A DNA stretch of 64,000 bases, taken from Chitinophagales bacterium (lineage in GTDB: Bacteria > Bacteroidota > Bacteroidia > Chitinophagales > Chitinophagaceae). Shown here one piece after another: positions 46,846-55,793 of this stretch. Numbering within the stretch: position 1 is the stretch's first letter; the number at the start of each line of letters is the position of its first letter. The position numbers and the translations under genes were made by a program. The notes under the pieces were generated by a model, which worked only from the letters and a program-made list of their open reading frames with translations, ran no database searches and had not been told where the DNA came from. The DNA lies in contig JBBRUR010000005.1 of the NCBI GenBank assembly GCA_038247635.1, forward strand, positions 6,723 to 70,722. Reading direction: 5' to 3'.

Positions 46846-47745
46846 TTACCTGGCTTGTCTTTCCAATACAGAAATTGCATTTATCTCCTGTGCATTTAAT
46901 GCCTTATTGTAAAAGCGCAATTCATCCAGTTTGCCTGTATAGGGCAACATCCACGGCTCGGGACTATTAAAAGGAGTACCTAATTGATTTTGAAAAGCGC
47001 CGATAACAAATTTGGACGCATTTTTAAAGTTTAAAGCTCCCAATAATGTACCGGTACCATCGGCTTTGCGGTCTTCGGCACCCGGAGGTAAATTTAATTT
47101 TTGACCGCTTACATAAAAGCTGGCTTTAGAGGTTGCAGCATCGTATGTCCATGCTACATGTCTCCAGGCATTATACATATCGTTAGGTCTGAAATCGCCA
47201 AATGGCTCAAGCCAATGCTCAACAAAAGGTGCTGTGTTTTTTTGAAAATGAAGCTTCATAAACATTTTGTTTTCCGGACCATTGTTTCCTTCAATCATCA
47301 TAAAAAAATTGCCCCAAAACGATCCGTCTTGTTTGGCAAGGCCAAAAACCCCCTGCGCACCACCATCGTGCTTGCCAGTATTAATCCACATACTAACGGT
47401 AAAACTTGTTAAGGTTGCCAACGGACCAGGTGTTGAGTATCCAATAAATCCGGTGGTAGAGCCCTGGTAGGCTTGTCCTTTTCTACCAGTAACAAAACTG
47501 GTATTGCCAGTCGCTACCCCACCAGTTACAGCACCTTTTGCATCGGCAATGCTACCGTCAAAAGGAAAGTGGGCTACAAGGTTGGCAGCAGCAATTTCGT
47601 TGGTATTAACAAACCCGCCCGCAACAGGTGGCGGATCGCCTGCCGGAAATTGGTCATCAAGTTCGGCTTTTGTACAGCCTGTTAAAACAGCACCAATGGC
47701 CAGCGCCATGCACCATACAGAAATCCTTTTTTTATCGTTATACAT
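46846..47745 (-). CDS. LamG-domain (concanavalin A-like lectin) lipoprotein
   Basis: Lipobox VLTGC|TKAE. The LamG hallmark near the C-terminus is GKLDELRFYNKALNAQEI. It sits in the position of a PUL surface glycan-binding protein. Confidence 0.7.
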   Translation of the reverse strand: MYNDKKRISVWCMALAIGAVLTGCTKAELDDQFPAGDPPPVAGGFVNTNEIAAANLVAHFPFDGSIADAKGAVTGGVATGNTSFVTGRKGQAYQGSTTGFIGYSTPGPLATLTSFTVSMWINTGKHDGGAQGVFGLAKQDGSFWGNFFMMIEGNNGPENKMFMKLHFQKNTAPFVEHWLEPFGDFRPNDMYNAWRHVAWTYDAATSKASFYVSGQKLNLPPGAEDRKADGTGTLLGALNFKNASKFVIGAFQNQLGTPFNSPEPWMLPYTGKLDELRFYNKALNAQEINAISVLERQAR

Positions 47746-47770
47746 CTTATTATTTTTTAAGAATTTAAAT

Positions 47771-49306
47771 TTAATACCCGTTGTTTTGCGTTAATCTGCC
47801 AGCACTTAAATCAATCTGCGCCTGTGGTATGGGAAAAACCTCATGCTTTCCATCAACAAAAGCTTTGCCATGTGCCCTTAATACCTGCCCGGCCCGGCCC
47901 TGCCTAACCAGGTCAAAAAACCTGTCCTGCTCCATAGCCAGTTCTACCCTTCTTTCAAACCAAATATTAGCAATAGTGCCTGTACTACCTGCAAGGTTGG
48001 CCCTGCCACGAACCAAATTTAATTTGGCGGTTGCTTCGCCTGCATTGCCCAGCATTGCGGCTGCCTCAGCATAAATTAACAGCACTTCTGCATACCGCAT
48101 TAACCTGATATTTTTTGGCTTGGTGTCTTTATTATTACTCACCTGTGGAGACTCTGTTAAGGCACTGTGATATGGCTTGTAACTGTATCGTTCGTTTTCC
48201 ACACTATCCTTACTGGGTATACGAAAGCCGTCGAACAATACCGTACCGGCACTATTACCGGCAGCGGTAGGATTAATAAAAATAATCGTAGCATCTCTGC
48301 GGGTATCGCCAGCCTGGTAAGCATTTGCCAGGTCAGCGGTGGGCGTATTAAATCCAAATCCAATATCGTTCCATCCACCCCTGCCGCGGGGGCCCTGCCC
48401 ATTGCTAAATAAGGGGCTAACCGCATTCTCGCCCAGGTTAATACCTGTTTGTACTTCAAAAATAGATTCGCTGTTGTTAATGCCACCCTGCCCATTTACC
48501 GGTCTTTCGCGAAATACTGTAGCATAATTTTGAACCAACGAGTACTTGTTGGAACTAATAGCTGCTAACGAATTATCAAACGCTTTTTGCCAGTTTTTCT
48601 GGTACATATACAATTTGGCCAGGTAAGCTTGTGCAGCTCCTTTTGTAGCACGGCCAACCTGTGCATTTGCCTCACCTTTAATGGGAAGATTAGCAGCAGC
48701 ATATTCAAGATCGGCTACAATGATACCATATATCTGGTCTTTAGTAGCCCTTGTTTGTGCTTCAACACTATTGCCTTCGCTGGGTAGCAACACGCGGGTA
48801 ATATTGGGCACTCCGCCAAAAAAACGAACAAGGTTAAAATAATACAGTCCTCTTAAAAATCTTGCTTCGCCCACCAACCTGTTTTTGGTGCTCGCTTCAA
48901 GGGTGCTTTTATCTAAAACATCTATGGCTTTGTTAGCACTTACAATAGCATTGTAGTGTCCGCTCCAAATATTATTAAAAATAAAGTTGTTGGATGTAGC
49001 TGTAAAATTGTCAATCTGCCCTGCATCACCAAAATCGCCCGGTGTACTGCCCTTATCGGCATCATCGCTGGCAATATCGTTTGCAAGTACCCATAAAAAA
49101 CCAATGGTAGTATTGCCAAAACCGCCAAAGTATAGTGTATTGTATACCCCACCAACTAATTTAGTGGCAGCTTCGGGGTCGGTTAATGCCAGTACCTCGG
49201 TGGTTTCACCCTGCGGGTTAACCTCCAGAAAACTTTTTTTGCAACCTATCATTAATAGTGAAGGCAGTAATGCCAATGCCCCTAATTTTATTATTATATT
49301 TTTCAT
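47771..49306 (-). CDS. susD: SusD/RagB-family nutrient-binding lipoprotein
   Basis: Lipobox LLMIGC|KKSF. TPR-like SusD pattern (ARFLRGLYYFNLVRFFGGVP, MRYAEVLLIYAEA, ERRVELAMEQDRFFDL). Directly downstream of susC. Confidence 0.9.
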   Translation of the reverse strand: MKNIIIKLGALALLPSLLMIGCKKSFLEVNPQGETTEVLALTDPEAATKLVGGVYNTLYFGGFGNTTIGFLWVLANDIASDDADKGSTPGDFGDAGQIDNFTATSNNFIFNNIWSGHYNAIVSANKAIDVLDKSTLEASTKNRLVGEARFLRGLYYFNLVRFFGGVPNITRVLLPSEGNSVEAQTRATKDQIYGIIVADLEYAAANLPIKGEANAQVGRATKGAAQAYLAKLYMYQKNWQKAFDNSLAAISSNKYSLVQNYATVFRERPVNGQGGINNSESIFEVQTGINLGENAVSPLFSNGQGPRGRGGWNDIGFGFNTPTADLANAYQAGDTRRDATIIFINPTAAGNSAGTVLFDGFRIPSKDSVENERYSYKPYHSALTESPQVSNNKDTKPKNIRLMRYAEVLLIYAEAAAMLGNAGEATAKLNLVRGRANLAGSTGTIANIWFERRVELAMEQDRFFDLVRQGRAGQVLRAHGKAFVDGKHEVFPIPQAQIDLSAGRLTQNNGY

Positions 49307-49327
49307 ATTAAATAGTAATTTCTTTTA

Positions 49328-52300
49328 TTAAAAACCAACGTTAATACCAAAAGCAAATGTTCGGGTGGTTGGATAAATAGATGATTCAATACCCCCATTA
49401 AGGGTTCCGCCGTTGCTAATTTCAGGGGTAAAGCCGCTGTAATTAGTAAAGGTTGCCAGGTTTTGAGCAGTGGCAAATACTCTCAGGCTTTGCATTTTTA
49501 AACCCGCTAATTTGTTAGCCGAAATGGTATAACCGAGGGCTAAATTATTAATTCTAAAAAAATCGCCTTTCTCCAAAAAGTAAGTGGAAGCCGGCAATTC
49601 ATTTACGTTTGCCCTTGGTACGCTGGTATTGGTGTTGTTAGGCGTCCATCGGTTAATGGCCACCGACGTTTCTATATTGTCTCTAAAATCGCCACGGGCT
49701 GCTTTTTTACCGTTGTAAATTTTACCTCCGCCGGTGCCATAGCCCCCAACTGATAAATCAAAATTTTTGATGCTTATACCGCCATTTATTCCATAGGTAA
49801 ATTTGGGTTGATAGGAGCCCTGAAAAACCCTGTCGGCTGCGTTAATTAATTTATCGCCATTAACGTCCCGGTATCTTAAATCGCCTGGTTTTGAATTGGG
49901 TTGCGCAGAACCTGCTATCTCAGCTGCGTTTTGAAAAATGCCGGCTACTTCCCACAAAAAAAAGCTTCCTATTGGTTGCCCGTTGTCTGACAGCGTTGTG
50001 GTGCCCTGCCCGCCAACACCACCATCGGGTATTGCCTGACCACCATTTAATTTTTCAATCCGGTTTTTGTTAAAGGCAATGTTTGCACCTATATTAAATT
50101 TAACATCGCGGCTAATATCATCAGCATAATTCAACGCCATTTCTATGCCCTTGTTGGTAAAGGTGGCGGCATTGGTAATGTATTCATTATTAGGATCGCC
50201 TAATATGCCCGGTACCCTAATCCGCACCAAAGCATCTACGGTTCTTCTGTTGTAAACATCTACTGTACCCGATAATTTATTTTTCATCAGGCTAAAATCA
50301 ATACCGAAATTACTTTCGGTGGTTACTTCCCATCGTAACGCGGGATCGGCTAAATCAGCTATCCGGATATTTAAAATTTCTGCTCCATTAAAAAAGTAAG
50401 GCAAATTTTGCGTAGCCAGTGGCACAAACAAACTGCTGGGTATACCATCATTACCCACTTTACCATAGCTGGCCCTCAACTTTAGGTTATTAAACAACTT
50501 TTGATCGCTCATAAAGCCTTCGTTGCTAATAACCCAACCGGCACCTACTGATGGAAAAAAGCCCCATCGGTTGCCACTTGGAAGCCTTGAAGTAGCGTCA
50601 TATCTACCTGTAGCCGTTAAAAAATATTTGTCGTTCAAATTGTAGTTTAACCTGCCCAGGTACGAATTCCTGGTTGATTTATCGCCTGAACTAAAATTTG
50701 TAGCCCCAATAGATGAACCTGCGTTCAAATACCATTGATCTTTAGATTCGGGCACATTAATACGACGACCGCCTAAACTATTCGATTTAATTTCTTCGGC
50801 AGTGGTACCTACCAATAAGGTAAAGTTGTGTACGCCAAACGATTTAGCAATGGTTGCAGTATTATCCCATACCCAACGGTTGCCCTGGCTTTCTTCTAAA
50901 GTTAGCTGGCTGTTATTTCTTAATTGGTTGCTACCTGCAGTAAGAAAAACATTGTCTGGACCAACATTTTCATATTTGTAACCATAATTTAAACTTCTAA
51001 AATTGTTTTTATCCACCCCAAAACTGGTACGTAATGTTAACCACCGTATTGGTTTGTATTCGCCAATTATGCTTCCCTGAAAACGATCTCCCTTACCGGA
51101 ATTATCATTTTTATCCTGGTCGAGCAAGGGATTACCAACGTTGTTAGAAAGAGAGGTATTGCCATATTTTCCGTTTTGCATCCCTATAACATAAGGCGCT
51201 GCACGGTAGGCAACATTAAATGCACCAAGGTCAACATTTCTAATATCGCTGCGGCTATAAGATAGTATTGTTGAAATTTTAAAATTATTGGTAATCTTAT
51301 AGTCGTTATTGTTTCTTAGTGTAAAACGTTTAAAATCGTTTGTTCTAATAATACCTTCATCGGCTAAATAACCAGCGCTTAAAAAGTAATTAATCTTTTC
51401 ACTTCCACCAGCTAATGATATGTTGTGGTTTTGAAAAAAACCTTTTTTTAAAACTTCATCGTACCAATCGGTATTTCCACCGTTTTGCAACTGCGATTGG
51501 GTTACAATACTATCGCCGCTACCATAATAAACGCTTGCTTCATTTATATAACCGGCATATTGGTTGGCACCTGCCATGTTTACCAAATTGGAAGCTTCTT
51601 TTATACCTACTGTTCCATCATAACTTACCACCATTTTGCCTGGTTTGCCTCTTTTGGTAGTAATAATAATTACTCCATTTGCGGCACGCATACCATAAAT
51701 AGCTGTAGCCGAAGCATCTTTTAAAATTTCAAGGCTTACAATATCCGCACTATTAATATTTCTGATGTCATCGTTAATAACACCATCTACCACATATAAG
51801 GGATTGGCCCCGGCAAGCATAGTACCAGTGCCTCTAATACGAATAACCGGTAATGCATTAGGGTCGCCGCTTGCAATAACCTGCACGCCGGCAACTTTGC
51901 CTTGCACTGCCTGTGTTGCCGTAAGAACAGGTTGTTTGGCCAGTTCTGCGCCTGAAACGGAAGCTACCGAACCTGTTACGTCCCGTTTACGACTGGTTCC
52001 GTAACCAACTACTACCACCTGGTCTAACTCCTTGTTAGCAGATGCCAACGATATAGCAATCGTTGTTCTACCATCCACACTTACTCGCTGTTGGGTATAG
52101 CCTATTGATGTTAATACCAGTGTATCGCTGGCACTTGCTACAATTGAAAAACTACCGGTATTGTTGGTAAATGTTCCCCTTGAAGTACCCTTTACTGAAA
52201 TAGACACACCCGATAACGCGTTACCATTTGACCCCGTAACCGTACCGGTAACAGTATCACTTTGCGCATAAAGAACAGCACTAAACAGCAGTACTAGCAC

Positions 52301-52375
52301 AGAAGCAAATAGTGGCTTAAACAGGACAGTACAATTTCTGCAAAAACGCTTTTGTTTTGTTTTTCTACATTTCAT
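49328..52375 (-). CDS. susC: SusC/RagA-family TonB-dependent transporter
   Basis: ORF trimmed to ATG 52375 (MKCRKTKQ...). CarboxypepD_reg-like TGTVTGSNGNALSGVSISVKGTSRGTFTNNTGSFSI, TonB-box/plug DQVVVVGYGT and a terminal ..FGINVGF. No N-terminal STN (anti-sigma signalling) domain seen. Confidence 0.9.
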   Translation of the reverse strand: MKCRKTKQKRFCRNCTVLFKPLFASVLVLLFSAVLYAQSDTVTGTVTGSNGNALSGVSISVKGTSRGTFTNNTGSFSIVASASDTLVLTSIGYTQQRVSVDGRTTIAISLASANKELDQVVVVGYGTSRKRDVTGSVASVSGAELAKQPVLTATQAVQGKVAGVQVIASGDPNALPVIRIRGTGTMLAGANPLYVVDGVINDDIRNINSADIVSLEILKDASATAIYGMRAANGVIIITTKRGKPGKMVVSYDGTVGIKEASNLVNMAGANQYAGYINEASVYYGSGDSIVTQSQLQNGGNTDWYDEVLKKGFFQNHNISLAGGSEKINYFLSAGYLADEGIIRTNDFKRFTLRNNNDYKITNNFKISTILSYSRSDIRNVDLGAFNVAYRAAPYVIGMQNGKYGNTSLSNNVGNPLLDQDKNDNSGKGDRFQGSIIGEYKPIRWLTLRTSFGVDKNNFRSLNYGYKYENVGPDNVFLTAGSNQLRNNSQLTLEESQGNRWVWDNTATIAKSFGVHNFTLLVGTTAEEIKSNSLGGRRINVPESKDQWYLNAGSSIGATNFSSGDKSTRNSYLGRLNYNLNDKYFLTATGRYDATSRLPSGNRWGFFPSVGAGWVISNEGFMSDQKLFNNLKLRASYGKVGNDGIPSSLFVPLATQNLPYFFNGAEILNIRIADLADPALRWEVTTESNFGIDFSLMKNKLSGTVDVYNRRTVDALVRIRVPGILGDPNNEYITNAATFTNKGIEMALNYADDISRDVKFNIGANIAFNKNRIEKLNGGQAIPDGGVGGQGTTTLSDNGQPIGSFFLWEVAGIFQNAAEIAGSAQPNSKPGDLRYRDVNGDKLINAADRVFQGSYQPKFTYGINGGISIKNFDLSVGGYGTGGGKIYNGKKAARGDFRDNIETSVAINRWTPNNTNTSVPRANVNELPASTYFLEKGDFFRINNLALGYTISANKLAGLKMQSLRVFATAQNLATFTNYSGFTPEISNGGTLNGGIESSIYPTTRTFAFGINVGF

Positions 52376-52649
52376 ACATATTGGTTTTAAATAAACATTG
52401 ATAGGGATAAAAAAACGCCGTTTGGCTATACAGGAGTGGAAGGTTGGCAAGTAGTAATTTAAAAAATGCAATAATCGTTAGGCCTTTTTAGACAATCTAT
52501 GTAGATTTTAAGCTGCATAAATTAAAATTTATTTTAATATTTCTGGGTGAAAGAATGATTGTGGGCAGATCAAAGTGTACAAGAACACTTTCCTATTTTT
52601 TTTTACCACTGATTTCAATTGCGGCAAATCTAACAGAATAAATAAAACT

Positions 52650-52663
52650 AACTAACGTTAGTT
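52650..52663. promoter_or_regulatory. 14-bp perfect palindrome AACTAACGTTAGTT, candidate operator upstream of paaA
   Basis: Self-complementary about the CG at 52656/52657. It ends 41 nt before the paaA ATG (52705). Confidence 0.4.
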
Positions 52664-52704
52664 TAAAATCTAAATTATTATCTTTGCCTCTCAAACCGGA
52701 TGAT

Positions 52705-53646
52705 ATGGTCAACAAATCACCAGCAGAAATTTTTCAGGATAAAATAAATAACGAAATAAAAATTGAGCCAAGAGATTGGATGCCCGATCAATACAGGCAA
52801 AATCTTATCAGGCAAATAAGCCAGCATGCACACAGCGAAATTGTAGGTATGCTACCCGAAGCAAACTGGATTACCCGTGCCCCATCGTTACGGCGCAAAG
52901 CTACCTTACTGGCCAAAGTGCAGGACGAAGCCGGACATGGCCTTTATTTATACAGTGCAGCCGAAACCTTAGGCATTGCCCGCATAGAAATGATTGACCA
53001 GTTATTGAACGGTAAGGCAAAATACTCTTCAATTTTTAATTACCCCACCCTATCGTGGGCCGATATTGGTGCCATAGGCTGGTTGGTTGACGGTGCTGCT
53101 ATAATGAACCAAATACCGCTTTGCCGCAGTAGTTACGGACCCTATGCAAGGGCAATGGTGCGTATATGTAAAGAAGAAAGTTTTCACCAGCGCCAGGGTT
53201 TCGAAATTTTATTAACCCTTAGTAAAGGCACTGAGGCTCAACAAAAAATGGCTCAGGACGCCCTAAACCGTTGGTGGTGGCCAGGTATTATGATGTTTGG
53301 GCCAACTGACGACGAAAGCCCTAACACCATTCAAAGCATGCAGTGGAAAATAAAACGTTTTACTAACGACGAATTACGTCAAAAATTTGTTGATGTGTGT
53401 GCTGAGCAGATAAAGTTTTTAGGCCTTACCATACCTGATAAAGACCTTAAGTGGAATGAGGAAAGAGGCCATTATGATTTTGGGCCAATTGATTGGAAAG
53501 AATTTTGGCAGGTAGTAAAAGGAAACGGCCCCTGCAATAAACAACGGCTTAACGACCGCAACAAGGCACACGACGATGGTGCATGGGTTAGGGAAGCCGC
53601 CTATGCATACGCACAAAAGAAAAAACATTCAAAGGCTGCGGCCTGA
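52705..53646 (+). CDS. paaA: 1,2-phenylacetyl-CoA epoxidase subunit A
   Basis: Ferritin-like di-iron pattern ([32 protein letters not shown]). The track start TTG 52684 is replaced by ATG 52705. Confidence 0.9.
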   Translation: MVNKSPAEIFQDKINNEIKIEPRDWMPDQYRQNLIRQISQHAHSEIVGMLPEANWITRAPSLRRKATLLAKVQDEAGHGLYLYSAAETLGIARIEMIDQLLNGKAKYSSIFNYPTLSWADIGAIGWLVDGAAIMNQIPLCRSSYGPYARAMVRICKEESFHQRQGFEILLTLSKGTEAQQKMAQDALNRWWWPGIMMFGPTDDESPNTIQSMQWKIKRFTNDELRQKFVDVCAEQIKFLGLTIPDKDLKWNEERGHYDFGPIDWKEFWQVVKGNGPCNKQRLNDRNKAHDDGAWVREAAYAYAQKKKHSKAAA

Positions 53647-53659
53647 TAACATAATAACA

Positions 53660-53738
53660 GGGTGGAAGGAAGCCAAAAACGGACCTTTAACGATTGCTTG
53701 TATTATTTTTTACCGGCTTTTCTTCCACCCGTTTTTTT
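53660..53738 (+). promoter_or_regulatory. long intercistronic stem-loop plus T-run between paaA and paaB
   Basis: GGGTGGAAG (53660-53668) pairs perfectly with CTTCCACCC (53722-53730). The stem extends to about 15 bp with one bulge (GAAGCC/GGCTTTTC). The loop is about 40 nt. GTTTTTTT follows. Confidence 0.4.
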
Positions 53739-53747
53739 ACCTTATTT

Positions 53748-54026
53748 ATGGATTGGCCACTATGGGAAGTTTTTATTAGAAGCAAACAGGGGCTTGACCA
53801 CAAACATGTGGGAAGCCTGCATGCAAGCGATGCACAAATGGCAATTGAAAATGCCCGCGATGTGTACACAAGGCGGATGGAAGGGGTAAGCATTTGGGTG
53901 GTTGAAAGCATATATGTACACGCCAGCAACCCCGACGAAGCCAATAGCTTATATGACCCCGCCAGCGATAAGCCCTATCGACATCCCACCTTTTACAACC
54001 TGCCCGACGAATTAAAACATATGTAG
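53748..54026 (+). CDS. paaB: 1,2-phenylacetyl-CoA epoxidase subunit B
   Basis: ORF trimmed to ATG 53748. MDWPLWEVFIRSKQGLDHKHVGSLHASDAQMAIENARDVYTRR is the PaaB signature. Confidence 0.9.
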   Translation: MDWPLWEVFIRSKQGLDHKHVGSLHASDAQMAIENARDVYTRRMEGVSIWVVESIYVHASNPDEANSLYDPASDKPYRHPTFYNLPDELKHM

Positions 54027-54284
54027 GGCTGCATGAAAATGTATTGTGGAAATAATGACACATTTTTTAATTCGTTGTAATTGATAAACGCTTATTACAT
54101 TTTATTTATCGCTTCGTAACTTCTTATTTACAAATTGTAAAGTAGTTGTATAATTTTTATGTGTAGTGGAAACGGGAGGGGCCAGTCGTTCTTTAAAACA
54201 TAGGGAGGAATGGAGCACCTTGTAAGCATCTAAAAGTAATAAGAATTTGTCCTAACCTGGTAGGTAGTTGAACCTAGATTAAAC

Positions 54285-55130
54285 ATGACCAATACCCAGG
54301 TTCCATATTATCAAAACGATTTATTTGCATCTATGGCCCATATTGAACAGTTAATAGATTATATACTTCACCTGGCTGATACAACCTTGGTTTTGGGACA
54401 CCGTAACAGTGAATGGACAGGCCACGGACCCGCATTGGAACAGGACATTGCCATTAGCAACATTGCACTTGACCTTTTAGGGCAAGCCCGCAATTTTTAC
54501 CAGTTGGCCGCCGAACTTATAAACGAACCACCCAAGGCACACCCATTTACTATGCCCTACAAAAGGCTGGTAACTGAAGATGATTTAGCCTACCTGCGCG
54601 ATGCATTTGATTTTAAAAACTACCTGATAACAGAGCTACCAAAGGGCGATTGGGCATTTACTATACTTCGCCAATTTTACTTTAGTAACTGGCAATATTA
54701 TTTTTACCTGGCACTTAAAAACAGCAGCAATACCTTACTGGCAGCTATTGCCGAAAAAAGCCTGAAAGAAACTACCTATCATCTTAAATGGAGCAGCGAA
54801 TGGGTAATACGGCTTGGCGATGGAACCCATGAAAGCCAGCAAAGAATGTTAAATGCCGTAAACGACCTGCAATACTTTTTTGGTGAGCTATTTGAACCGG
54901 CAGTGTACGAAATAACTTTAATTGCCGACCATATTTGTGTTGACCTTACTGCCTTAAAACCGTTGTGGTTAGAAAAAACTGCCACTATATTAGATGAAGC
55001 AACCTTACCTTTTGTTGAACCGACGTGGTGGCAAAGTGGCGGTAAAAAAGGGTTACACACGGAGCACCTTGGCTTTCTTTTGGCCGAGATGCAATTTCTG
55101 CAACGAGCCTACCCAAACAGTATCTGGTAA
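54285..55130 (+). CDS. paaC: 1,2-phenylacetyl-CoA epoxidase subunit C
   Basis: Ferritin-like helical protein (LADTTLVLGHRNSEWTGHGPALEQDIAISNIALDLLGQAR) in the paaABCD order. Confidence 0.85.
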   Translation: MTNTQVPYYQNDLFASMAHIEQLIDYILHLADTTLVLGHRNSEWTGHGPALEQDIAISNIALDLLGQARNFYQLAAELINEPPKAHPFTMPYKRLVTEDDLAYLRDAFDFKNYLITELPKGDWAFTILRQFYFSNWQYYFYLALKNSSNTLLAAIAEKSLKETTYHLKWSSEWVIRLGDGTHESQQRMLNAVNDLQYFFGELFEPAVYEITLIADHICVDLTALKPLWLEKTATILDEATLPFVEPTWWQSGGKKGLHTEHLGFLLAEMQFLQRAYPNSIW

Positions 55131-55147
55131 CTTACTATTTGCCCCAT

Positions 55148-55708
55148 ATGACCGATAATAATTACGATACTTTACAAGATAAACACCCTTTGAGGACCAT
55201 TAACGAGCAAAAAGTGTGGGACTTGATAGCCGGGGTTAATGACCCGGAAGTACCGGTACTGTCGGTTGTTGACCTTGGTATTGTGCGAAAAGTGGAATGC
55301 AGCAATGCTACCGGCAACAGCCTTGGCCAACAACTGGTAACCATTACCATTACACCTACTTACAGCGGCTGCCCTGCAATGGACGTTATAGCCATGACCA
55401 TTAGGTTTACACTGCTACAGGCAGGTTATAAAAATATTGAAATTAAAACGGTTTTATCGCCAGCATGGACCACCGACTGGATGAGTTACGCTGGTAAACA
55501 AAAGTTGAAGGCCTATGGTATTGCGCCACCTAACAGCGCCGCTTCTATAAACGATCCATCACCTTTTTCACAACAACAACCGGTGCAGTGCCCAAGGTGT
55601 AATTCGCTCAATACGCAACAGGTAAGCCAATTTGGTAGCACCGCATGTAAAGCATTATACCAATGCCAGGATTGCCAAGAACCCTTTGATTATTTTAAGT
55701 GCCATTGA
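55148..55708 (+). CDS. paaD: 1,2-phenylacetyl-CoA epoxidase subunit D
   Basis: DPEVPVLSVVDLGIVR and ITPTYSGCPAM motifs. C-terminal 4-Cys ribbon CPRCNS...CQDCQEPFDYFKCH. Confidence 0.85.
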   Translation: MTDNNYDTLQDKHPLRTINEQKVWDLIAGVNDPEVPVLSVVDLGIVRKVECSNATGNSLGQQLVTITITPTYSGCPAMDVIAMTIRFTLLQAGYKNIEIKTVLSPAWTTDWMSYAGKQKLKAYGIAPPNSAASINDPSPFSQQQPVQCPRCNSLNTQQVSQFGSTACKALYQCQDCQEPFDYFKCH

Positions 55709-55793
55709 TAGATTACTAACACCTGAAACAGGAAACTTTTTGCTACTGCAATTGTCATAATAATAAATCAGCCAAAACTGTAAATCTGTTATT

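Noticed and set aside
53662-54063. Overlapping ORFs 53662..53889 (+), 53687..53944 (-) and 53776..54063 (-) around paaB
   Set aside because: The paaB frame carries an unmistakable family signature. The others are out-of-frame or antisense and have no motifs.
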